A DNA stretch of 64,000 nucleotides from the NCBI GenBank assembly GCA_963711835.1, contig CAVQFQ010000004.1:224001-288000 (forward strand), given 5' to 3'. Positions 31,097 to 39,412 of the stretch are shown piece after piece. Origin of the DNA: an uncultured delta proteobacterium. Lineage in GTDB: Bacteria; Desulfobacterota; RBG-13-43-22. Made by a program: the position numbers and the translations under genes. The notes beneath the pieces are model-generated. The model saw only the letters and a program-made list of their open reading frames with translations, had not been told where the DNA came from and did not search any database. Position 1 is the first letter of the stretch. Each line of letters opens with the position of its first letter.

Positions 31097-31220
31097 AAGG
31101 CGCAAGGCGCGAGGGGTAAACGTTTTGCTCTTCATCTTTACACCCTCCGCCTTAAGCCTTTCTGCTTCTCAAAAATTTTTTAGGGTTTTTCGCCTAACGC
31201 CTAACGTCTCGCGCCTAACG
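31097..31220. repeat. 7-bp tandem repeat tracts (aaggcgc / cgcctaa)
   Basis: aaggcgcaaggcgcgagg...cgccttaagcctt...cgcctaacgcctaacgtctcgcgcctaacg. Confidence 0.65.
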
Positions 31221-31228
31221 GTTTTGAA

Positions 31229-32101
31229 ATGCTTCTCGGCACCCTGATCTACGGCTTTATCAACAGCGTTATTTTAGCCCTGGTGGCCCTGGGGTTCAAT
31301 TTGACCTTCGGCATCAGCGGAGTGGCGAATTTCGCCTACGGGGCCTTTTACATTTTTGCCGGCTACGGGGCCTGGATCCTTTTAAACACCCTGAAGCTTC
31401 CCTATGGCCTGGCCATCCTGGGAGCGCTTATCCTGACCATGGTCCTCGGGGCCCTCATGTACCGGGTGGTCCTGCTCCGCATCCGGGGCCTGGTCATCTC
31501 CGAGGTTATTGCCACCTTCGGGATCGGGCTGGCCATCCTGGAGACCTTCCGCTACCTCGGTTTCATCGGTTTTGAATACAACCTTCCGGTTTTTATCGAC
31601 GGCAGCCTGGAAATCGGAGGCGTCTTTGTGGATTATCAACGGCTCTTCATTGTCGGCCTGGGCTGCGCCATCGCCCTGTTTCTCTGGCTCTTTACCCATT
31701 ACACTAAAATCGGGCTGGCTTTCCGGGGCATTGCTCAGGAGGAACGCACCGCCCTTTCCTTGGGCATCAACTCCGATTGGGTGGCCACCCTGAGCGTGGC
31801 CTTTGGTGCCGGGTTGTCCGCTTTGGCGGCGATCCTGATCCTGCCCCTGGGGACCATTTCCGTTGAAGGGGGCTATGATATCCTGATCAATGCCCTGGCG
31901 GTCTGCATCGTGGGCGGACTGGGCAGCACAATCGGTGTCGTTGTGGCCAGCTTCCTGATCGGCTACGCCCAGATGATCACCTCCACCTACCTGGAGCCGC
32001 ACTGGATCATGATCGTCAGCCTGGTCGCTATACTCCTGGTCTTAGCCTTGAAGCCTTCAGGGCTTTTCGGCCGGCAGAAAGAACTGGAAGAAAGGATTTA
32101 G
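31229..32101 (+). CDS. LIV-type ABC permease (LivH-like)
   Basis: ALGFNLTFGISGVANFAYG, GLAFRGIAQ, KPSGLFG. Confidence 0.9.
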   Translation: MLLGTLIYGFINSVILALVALGFNLTFGISGVANFAYGAFYIFAGYGAWILLNTLKLPYGLAILGALILTMVLGALMYRVVLLRIRGLVISEVIATFGIGLAILETFRYLGFIGFEYNLPVFIDGSLEIGGVFVDYQRLFIVGLGCAIALFLWLFTHYTKIGLAFRGIAQEERTALSLGINSDWVATLSVAFGAGLSALAAILILPLGTISVEGGYDILINALAVCIVGGLGSTIGVVVASFLIGYAQMITSTYLEPHWIMIVSLVAILLVLALKPSGLFGRQKELEERI

Positions 32102-32108
32102 TTTTTCT

Positions 32109-32228
32109 GCCACAGACAAAAACTGGACAGGCTGGTTTTGCCCGGAGAATAGCCTGCCCCGTAGGTATTAATACGGGGTCCTCCGGGCAAAAAATAATAG
32201 TCCGCTGTTGTCCGTGTGGCTCTGTGGC
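32109..32228. repeat. Nested palindromic intergenic element
   Basis: Outer gccacaga/tctgtggc, middle ttttgcccggag/ctccgggcaaaa, inner ccccgta/tacgggg. Confidence 0.65.
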
Positions 32229-32239
32229 TAAATTCTAAT

Positions 32240-33247
32240 ATGTACTATCGTAAAGAACGCATCGACAGAGGCATCAAGGCCCGGACCGAAGACATTTTCG
32301 CCCTCTCCTCCGGCTGGGATCTGCTCTACGTGCTGGCTCCCCGGGTCCTGCCCCTCCTGGTCCTGTTAATCCTGACCTTCACGGTCAGTCTCTACTGGCA
32401 GAAGGTCCTCATCTCCACAGCCGTTTTTGCCCTGCTGGCCATGAGTTGGGATTTCCTGGCTTCGGCCGGCATGGTCTCCTTGGGCCAGGCCTATTTCTTC
32501 GGCATGGGGGCTTACCTGACCGGCATCCTGAACCATTATTTCCTTTGTCCTATCTGGCTCAGCATCCCCCTGAGCGCGGTGCTGGGCGGCGGCATCTGCA
32601 CCGTGTCCCTGCTGCCGGTCCTGCGTCTGCGGGGGATCTATTTCTCCATGATTACCCTGGTTCTGCCTCTGATGCTGGTTAGGATCATTGAGGCCACCAA
32701 GATCTTCGGCGGGACCGAGGGGATCAGCGGACTGGCCTCCTACCCCAACCGCTGGCTGGAACTCTACCTCGGGTTAACGGCTGCCTGGCTCTGTCTCTTC
32801 GGCCTCCGGCGCCTCTTAAATTCCGATTACGGTCTGATCCTGAAGGGCATCAGCGACAACGACCGTTCGGTGATGAGTTCCGGGATCAACATTTACTGGT
32901 ACAAGGCCCAGGCCCTGTTCCTGGCCGGATCGGTGGGTGCCCTGGCCGGGGCCTTAATGACCCACTCCTATATGTTCGTGGGCATGCCGGTCTTTGCCTT
33001 AGACTACTCGATCCTGCCCATCGCCTCGGCCGTGGTGGGAGGCATGGGCACCATGGCCGGCCCTCTGCTGGGGGCCTTTATCCTGGTCCCCCTGTCCGAG
33101 CTCCTGCGCGGATTGGGGGGCTTAAGAATCGTCATTTACGCCCTCTCCCTGACCGTGTTCATCGTCGTCCTTCCGGAAGGGATCTTCCATTATGTACAGC
33201 GCAAATACCAGCAATTCGAGCGCAAGGTAAAGGTGGAAACCGAATGA
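32240..33247 (+). CDS. LIV-type ABC permease (LivM-like)
   Basis: GMVSLGQAYFFG, LRLRGIYFSMIT, GGMGTMAGP. Confidence 0.9.
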   Translation: MYYRKERIDRGIKARTEDIFALSSGWDLLYVLAPRVLPLLVLLILTFTVSLYWQKVLISTAVFALLAMSWDFLASAGMVSLGQAYFFGMGAYLTGILNHYFLCPIWLSIPLSAVLGGGICTVSLLPVLRLRGIYFSMITLVLPLMLVRIIEATKIFGGTEGISGLASYPNRWLELYLGLTAAWLCLFGLRRLLNSDYGLILKGISDNDRSVMSSGINIYWYKAQALFLAGSVGALAGALMTHSYMFVGMPVFALDYSILPIASAVVGGMGTMAGPLLGAFILVPLSELLRGLGGLRIVIYALSLTVFIVVLPEGIFHYVQRKYQQFERKVKVETE

Positions 33248-33999
33248 GCCTGCCCATCCTGAATGTTTCCAATCTCTCCAAACGGTTTGGCGGGATCCGG
33301 GCCGTGGATGGGATCAGCTTTAAAGTTCAACCCGGAGAACTGATGGGGATCATCGGGCCCAACGGATCGGGCAAGACCACCTTAGTCAATCTGATCACCG
33401 GCTTTACCCGGCCGGATAGCGGGTCGGTTTTTTACCGGGACCGGGAGATCACCGGTTGGATGCCCTACAAGATCAGCCGGCAGGGATTGGCCCGAACCTT
33501 CCAGATGGTCCGTCCTTTCTACCACCTGCCGGCCTTCAAAAACATGATCATCCCCCTTTCCTCGCCCCGGGTGAAGCGGTTGTCCGGAGGACGCTACGGC
33601 GACCGGGACGCCGTGGCCAAGGACCTCCTCGAAGAAGTGGGTTTCGAACGGGATTCTTCGGTTATCAACAAAGTGGCCGGCTCGCTGCCCCACGGTTATC
33701 TCAAACGTCTGGAGCTGGCCAAGTGCCTGGCCCTGCGGCCCGAGCTGATCATCTTGGACGAGCTCTTTTCCGGCCTGAGTCTGGCCGAGGTAGCCGGCAT
33801 CCTGCCGATAATCGAAAAGATGAAAACCGAGGGCAAGACCATCCTCATGATCGAACACCGGCTACGGGAACTATTTCGCATCGCCGACCGGGTGATCGTC
33901 CTCAATTTCGGGCAAAAAATCGCCGACGGCCGGCCGGAGCAGGTCATGCAAGGGGAGGAAGTCAAAAAGGCCTACCTGGGCACGGAGGGAGAGGGTTAA
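33244..33999 (+). CDS. LIV-type ABC ATP-binding protein (LivG-like)
   Basis: GPNGSGKTT, ARTFQ, VKKAYLG. Confidence 0.9.
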   Translation: MSLPILNVSNLSKRFGGIRAVDGISFKVQPGELMGIIGPNGSGKTTLVNLITGFTRPDSGSVFYRDREITGWMPYKISRQGLARTFQMVRPFYHLPAFKNMIIPLSSPRVKRLSGGRYGDRDAVAKDLLEEVGFERDSSVINKVAGSLPHGYLKRLELAKCLALRPELIILDELFSGLSLAEVAGILPIIEKMKTEGKTILMIEHRLRELFRIADRVIVLNFGQKIADGRPEQVMQGEEVKKAYLGTEGEG

Positions 34000-34749
34000 G
34001 TGCTGCTGAACGTCAAGCACCTGATGGTTTTTTACGAGAACGCCCTGGCCCTGAACGATTTTAGCCTGCAGGTGGACTCCGGGGAGATTGTGGCCGTCAT
34101 CGGCGGGAACAGCGCCGGCAAAACCACCCTGATGAATACCATCTCCGGCCTGATCCTGGATATTCAAATCAAAGAGAGACGCAAAGGGGGAGAGCGCATC
34201 ACCCTCTTAGGGGAACTGATTTTTAATAAAGAAGATGTGATGAACACCCCTCCGGATCAGAGGGTCAAGAAAGGGATCGTGCTCTGCCGGGAACGGCATC
34301 CCATCTTTCCCGAGAGCGATGTCCTGGAAAACCTGCGGATAGCCGGCTACCTGCGCAAGCGGGCGGAAGCGGAAGAAACCATAAAATTTGTTTTCAGCCT
34401 TTTTCCCAACCTGGCCGGCCTGAAAAATCAGAAAGCCGGTTTCCTGAGCGGTGGAGAGCAGCAGATGCTGACCATCGGCATGGGCCTGGTGGTGCGCCCT
34501 ACCCTGCTGCTCCTGGATGAGCCCCTCCTGGGCTTGAGCCCGGCTATGCAGACCAAGCTGATCTCGGCCATCAAGACCATCCGGAAAGAGACTCGAGTCA
34601 CTATCCTGATCAGCGAACAGTTCGCCCGGCCCATCCTGCCCATGATCGACCGGGGCTATGTGATCGAGAACGGCATGCTGACCATGTCCGGCAACAGCCG
34701 GGAACTGATGGAGAACCCGGAGGTCATTTCCGCCTACTTCGGGGTGTAA
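34000..34749 (+). CDS. LIV-type ABC ATP-binding protein (LivF-like)
   Basis: GGNSAGKTT, LSGGEQQM, LLDEPLLGLSP. Confidence 0.9.
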   Translation: MLLNVKHLMVFYENALALNDFSLQVDSGEIVAVIGGNSAGKTTLMNTISGLILDIQIKERRKGGERITLLGELIFNKEDVMNTPPDQRVKKGIVLCRERHPIFPESDVLENLRIAGYLRKRAEAEETIKFVFSLFPNLAGLKNQKAGFLSGGEQQMLTIGMGLVVRPTLLLLDEPLLGLSPAMQTKLISAIKTIRKETRVTILISEQFARPILPMIDRGYVIENGMLTMSGNSRELMENPEVISAYFGV

Positions 34750-34757
34750 AGACTTTC

Positions 34758-35354
34758 ACCGCAAAGGCGCAAAGGACGCAAAGAAAAAAGTATGTTCTGG
34801 TCGGGGAAGACCCGGCCAGAAAAAACGCATCACCCAATTACGTTAGAACAGATTCTATTGGAACTTTAATGGATATAAATCCATTAAGTAATAAGGTCAT
34901 CGGGGCAGCTATCGAAGTTCATAAAACTTTGGGCCCGGGATTGCTGGAATCTTCTTATGAAGAATTCTCTGCTGGGAGTTGGACCTCCAGAAAGATAAGT
35001 TTTGAAAGGCAGAAAACCTTTACCGCTTATTTATAAAAATAAAAAATTGGATTGCGGCTACCGGTTGGATATTCTTGGTTGAAGGACAAATTGTCTTGGA
35101 ATTGAAATCTTGTGAGCGCATTGAATCTATTCACAAAGCCCAACTCTTAACTTATTTGAAACTCTCTGGGTACCCTATGGGCATCCTTTTGAATTTTAAT
35201 GTTCCTCTAATGCGAGACGGAATCGTGCGTATGGTTAACCATTTTAAAGAATAGCCATAGATAGCTGCGCGGAAGCGCCGGAAGGGTTCCCCTTGGCGGC
35301 CTCTTATCGCCAAGGGAAAATAATTTAACTTTGCGTCCTTTGCGCCTTTGCGGT
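34758..35354. mobile_element. Inverted-repeat-bounded cassette carrying a GxxExxY gene
   Basis: Perfect 26-bp inverted repeat: accgcaaaggcgcaaaggacgcaaag (34758-34783) and ctttgcgtcctttgcgcctttgcggt (35329-35354); AT-rich interior. Confidence 0.7.
34869..35254 (+). pseudogene. GxxExxY family protein (PD-(D/E)xK-like) with about 4 frameshifts
   Basis: Hand reconstruction: MDINPLSNKVIGAAIEVHKTLGPGLLESSYEE...CGYRLDIL.EGQIVLELKS...HKAQLLTYLKLSG...GILLNFNVPLMRDGIVRMVN; absent from the ORF track. Confidence 0.88.
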
Positions 35355-35367
35355 AAAAAAATCTTAA

Positions 35368-37041
35368 ATGAGTTCTGACCTCCAACATATTTGCAGGGCT
35401 TTTCAGGAGCAGGCGGGCAAGACGCCCGGCAAGACGGCGGTCATCTACCTGGGCACGCGCTATTCCTATGCCCGCATCCTGTCCGACGTTAAGAAACTGG
35501 CCGGCTCTTTGACCCGAATGGGCATAAAAGAAGGCGATAAGGTCATTCTCTACCTGCCCAATTCCATTCAATGGATCCTGGCCTGGCTGGCCGTCCAGTG
35601 GATCGGCGGGGTGGCCGTGCCCATAACCCCCATCTACACCGCTCACGATCTGAACTACATCGCCGGCGATACCGGCGCCGTGGCCGTATTCTGCTCCGAT
35701 CGGAATTTCGGCTACGTCCAGCAGGTCCTGGATGCCGGCCTGCTGCAAACAATCTTCGTCACCACCTTAGCCGACCTGCTTCCCTGGTGGAAGCGTTTCT
35801 TCGGTTGGGCCCTGGACATCGTTCCCCGAGGCAAGGTGGCCAAAAGAAAGGGTGTTCATCCGCTTCGCCGCCTCTTGTCCACAGCGCCGAATTCGATCCC
35901 GGAGATCCGGGGGGGCGGCGACCAGATAGCCGAGATCCTCTACACCGGCGGCACCACCAAACACCCCAAGGGCGTGCCCATCAGCCACCGGCTTTACCTG
36001 GGCTGTGCCGAGGAGCAGCTCAGCACCAGCCTGCCCCTTTTCCCCAATGAAGAAAATATCATTCTGGGCGGTGCCCCCCTGTTTCATATCTTAGGCCAGA
36101 CCTGCAGCTTGGGGACGATTCTTCTCGGGGGAACCCTGGTGGTCTTCCCCAAGGTCCATCTGGATGCCCTGATGCACGCCATGCAGCGCTACCGGGCCAA
36201 GACCTTCATCGGCGTCCCTTCCCTTTTCCGTATGATCCTGGAACACCAGCGGGTGGATTTCTACGACCTCAGTTCACTGAGGTATTGTTTTTGCGGCGGA
36301 GATGTGCTGCCCTTGGAGGTGGAAAAACGCTGGCAATCCAAAATGAATAGACCCATTTACCAAGGGTATGGGGCTACCGAGACCTGCGGTGGGATTTCTA
36401 TGGCTTCCACGACCCAGGCCAACCCCAGCCGGAGTATGGGACGCATCGTGGCCAGCAAATCCGTCCTGGTGGTGAATCCGAATACCCTGGAGGAGAGGCC
36501 CCACGGAGAAGCCGGGGAACTGCTGGTAACTTCCGACCCCATGGTGACGGCCTACTGGAACAAACCTGAAGAAACCGCCTCCGCTTTTGTTTCCCGGCAA
36601 GGAAAGCTGTGGTACCGCACCAGCGATATGGTCAGCCGGGATGAGCAGGGATACCTTTATTTTGTGGACCGCACCGTGGACACTATCAAACATAAAGGCT
36701 ATCGGATTTCGGCCTCCGAGATCGAAGCGGTGCTCCAGGAGCACCCGGCCGTGATTGAATCCTGTGTGGTCGGGGTGCCCGATGAAAAAGTCGGCCAACG
36801 TATCAAGGCCTTTGTAGTCCTGAAAAAAGACATCAAGGGCGTCACCGGCTACGATTTGATTACCTGGTGCCGGGAGCGGCTGGTCTCCTACAAGCTTCCC
36901 CAGTATATTGAATTTCGAGATATGCTGCCCAAGTCCAAGGTCGGCAAGCTCCTGCGCCGGGAAATCCGGGGCGAAGAGCACCGGCGAATGGAAAAAGATG
37001 AAAATAGAGATTCGGTGTTGAAGGATACTGGATTGGGATAA
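35368..37041 (+). CDS. Acyl-CoA synthetase (AMP-forming), long-chain or aromatic acid
   Basis: YTGGTTKHPKG, GYGATE, WYRTSD, LPKSKVGK. Confidence 0.9.
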   Translation: MSSDLQHICRAFQEQAGKTPGKTAVIYLGTRYSYARILSDVKKLAGSLTRMGIKEGDKVILYLPNSIQWILAWLAVQWIGGVAVPITPIYTAHDLNYIAGDTGAVAVFCSDRNFGYVQQVLDAGLLQTIFVTTLADLLPWWKRFFGWALDIVPRGKVAKRKGVHPLRRLLSTAPNSIPEIRGGGDQIAEILYTGGTTKHPKGVPISHRLYLGCAEEQLSTSLPLFPNEENIILGGAPLFHILGQTCSLGTILLGGTLVVFPKVHLDALMHAMQRYRAKTFIGVPSLFRMILEHQRVDFYDLSSLRYCFCGGDVLPLEVEKRWQSKMNRPIYQGYGATETCGGISMASTTQANPSRSMGRIVASKSVLVVNPNTLEERPHGEAGELLVTSDPMVTAYWNKPEETASAFVSRQGKLWYRTSDMVSRDEQGYLYFVDRTVDTIKHKGYRISASEIEAVLQEHPAVIESCVVGVPDEKVGQRIKAFVVLKKDIKGVTGYDLITWCRERLVSYKLPQYIEFRDMLPKSKVGKLLRREIRGEEHRRMEKDENRDSVLKDTGLG

Positions 37042-37210
37042 TCCCTTTCATGATCTCCACCAACAAAATCAAGAACAACTTCCTCGGCAAAATCTTTCTC
37101 AGCGTCCTTTCCATCCTTAGTATCCGCAAAACCGCCCGCCGAAATCGAATCAATGCGGTCATCGGTCTTGGTCTAACCCTTTCGTAGGAATCTTAAAAAA
37201 TATGACCTTA

Positions 37211-37551
37211 CTAAAGGTCCAGGCTTAACCGCAGGGCTTTATCAACCTCCTTCATCTTTTCCGGTTCAACAGCGCCCTATCTCTTTTCCAGTCGACCCTT
37301 GAAAACCGTGAGTAGTTGGCTGGTGTTCACCATCGAAGTCTTACTCAATCCTCCCTGGGGAGGATCCAGCAACACATTCATCGGAAAAAGCCGAATGGCA
37401 GTGGAAAGGGCGACCACAATCGTAGTGGCTGCGTGTTCATTCCCAATGTTGTTTTGAATGATCAGGACTGGTCTTTTCCCGGCCTGTTCGCTGCCCCTGG
37501 CCGGGTTCCAATTAACCAGCCACACTTCACCCCGTCTGGGAAAGGCTTCAT
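37211..37551 (-). pseudogene. mazF: MazF/PemK toxin, disrupted
   Basis: PRRGEVWLVNWNPARGSEQAGKRPVLIIQNN...; in-frame TAG at 37277-37279 followed by GAVEPEKMKEVDKALRLSLDL-stop; the upstream ATG (37551) is one base out of frame. Confidence 0.85.
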
Positions 37552-37553
37552 TC

Positions 37554-37865
37554 CTAAACTTCCCTTTGGGCTTTCAAGGTCAATTCTGAAAATTCCCGAG
37601 CCTCGGCGGCCACTCTGACCGGGTCGGAATCCTCCGGCCCAAGGTTGATCCAGATGGAAGGCCGTTTGGTTTCCCTGAAATACAAGGCGGCCAGAGTGGA
37701 TTTGCCCTGGGCGGCCTGCCCGGTAATCAGGATCAGTTTTTTATCTTCATTTTTTTCAAATAGTTCCAGGAGACGCGGACGCAGGATGATTTTGGACGGG
37801 GCGGGCGGGGAAATCTTGGAAAAGCTCAACGGAAAACCCTTCGCGGCTTTTTCCGGGGAAGGCAT
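37554..37865 (-). pseudogene. N-terminal fragment of a MalT-like STAND regulator fused to a probable antitoxin tail
   Basis: SKISPP...RPRLL...LILITGQAAQGKSTLAA...WINLGPEDSDPV, then an abrupt switch to RVAAEAREFSELTLKAQREV. Confidence 0.65.
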
Positions 37866-37928
37866 ATCTTTTGTCCCGTTTGCCTGGGTTAAGGGTTTCG
37901 ACGAAAAGTTTTGGTGACAGGCACTTTT

Positions 37929-38441
37929 TTAGGGGCGGAGTCTTTCGTTAAATTCCTTCCAAAATCTTTCTTCTTTGTTCTGCCAGCCGGCGCCAAAGCG
38001 TTTATTAAAGGTGTCTCCCAATTGTTCAAATAGCCGTTTCCAGCCCGGCAGGAGTTCATGTCGGAGGGCATCTTCCAGAAAGGAAACGATGTCCTCCAGT
38101 TTTTCCTTGGGCAGGTAGGCGCGGGCCCCCAGCTCGATGGATTTTTTCAGGGCCTCCGGTGACAGGGCGTGGGCCGTGAGCATAACGACGGGGAACTTAC
38201 GCAGGTTGGCCTCCGTTAAAAGATCAAAGCCGCGCACCCCCATGATGTCCAGGATGACCAGGTCATAGGTGTAGGCGGCCAACAATTCCTTGGCCGTTTT
38301 ATAATTGTCGGCCCGATCGAAAAAACATTCCCCACAGGCCCCTTTGATCTCCTCCTCCAAAATATCCAGGATATCCCTTTCGTCATCCACCGCCAAGATC
38401 GATTTTCCCTGCAGGATCGAATTAGTTTTCTTTTTTGCCAT
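37929..38441 (-). CDS. Stand-alone response regulator receiver with Trp/Phe-rich tail (copy 3)
   Basis: ILAVDDE, ILDIMG, MLTAHA, YLPKE; tail GWKRLF...RFGAGW...FWKEF. Confidence 0.9.
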   Translation of the reverse strand: MAKKKTNSILQGKSILAVDDERDILDILEEEIKGACGECFFDRADNYKTAKELLAAYTYDLVILDIMGVRGFDLLTEANLRKFPVVMLTAHALSPEALKKSIELGARAYLPKEKLEDIVSFLEDALRHELLPGWKRLFEQLGDTFNKRFGAGWQNKEERFWKEFNERLRP

Positions 38442-38663
38442 AAACATCCCTCTGTTAGTAGTATCGCCGCAATGGCCCGAATTAAAACCTTAATATTTTA
38501 GTGACAGTCAGCTTTTTGTGATGCCCACCCACCCCATCACTCCCCCCCCCGAAGAATGTGTCGCAATTGACCAAAACGTCATTCTCTCCGAGGGTGAGGG
38601 GCTTATCTTCTTCTTCTTGGCCTCCCGCAAGTGGCAGTTTCTGTTACACGGAGAGGGAACAGG

Positions 38664-39212
38664 CTAATAACAGCCCAGTTTCTGGGAAGGGGTTTCCACA
38701 TAGGAGGAACCGTCGGATTTCAGCTTGTCATTAAAATCCTTCCAGAACTTGTCATCCTTTTTTTGCCAATCCGGGCCGAAACGCATATTGAAAAAGTCCC
38801 CTAATTTTTCAAAGAGTTTTCGCCAGCCCGGCAAAGATTCGTAGCGTAGGACGTCCTCCAGGAAAGGCACGATCTCCCCTAATTTTTCCTTGGGCAGATA
38901 AGCCCGGGCCCCTTTTTCAATCGACTGTTTCAGGGCCTGGGGCGATAAGGCATGGGCCGTCAGCATCACCACGGGAAGATGGCGGACCAGTGCCAGATCC
39001 AGGAGATCGAAACCCCGGACGCCCATAATGTCCAGGATGACGATGTCATAGGTCCAGGAAACCATCAGTTCTACAGCCTTCTCGTAGCTCTCGGCTTTTT
39101 CAAAAGTGCATTTCGGGCAGGCCTCCATGATTTCATCTTCCAGGAGGGCCAGGACATCCGGTTCATCATCCACCGCCAGGATCCGCTGTTCCTTAAGTAA
39201 GGATTCCTTCAT
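38664..39212 (-). CDS. Stand-alone response regulator receiver with Trp/Phe-rich tail (copy 2)
   Basis: Same motifs as copy 3; RBS aaggagg. Confidence 0.9.
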   Translation of the reverse strand: MKESLLKEQRILAVDDEPDVLALLEDEIMEACPKCTFEKAESYEKAVELMVSWTYDIVILDIMGVRGFDLLDLALVRHLPVVMLTAHALSPQALKQSIEKGARAYLPKEKLGEIVPFLEDVLRYESLPGWRKLFEKLGDFFNMRFGPDWQKKDDKFWKDFNDKLKSDGSSYVETPSQKLGCY

Positions 39213-39297
39213 AATACCTCCCTTGGTCGTTTGCCGACGCCGCCGATCGGAACGTATTCAGTATCCATCTGAAGATTTCCGATTTTCGGATGGAGCA

Positions 39298-39390
39298 TTC
39301 AGTCGTCAGCATAATGCAGTCAGCTTACATCATTATTTTTAAGGTTTATTGCTGATTGCTGAGAGCCGATCGCTGATAGCTCTCAGCTGA
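39298..39390. repeat. Degenerate 7-bp repeats (tcagc / gctga type)
   Basis: ttcagtcgtcagc...cagtcagc...gctgattgctgagagccgatcgctgatagc. Confidence 0.55.
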
Positions 39391-39412
39391 AAACGTCTTT
39401 TTCGGATGAGAG

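Noticed and set aside
37277-37279. Pyrrolysine or amber recoding in mazF
   Set aside because: TAG is a normal stop for several genes here, there are no pyl genes in the window, and the neighbouring antitoxin is also broken
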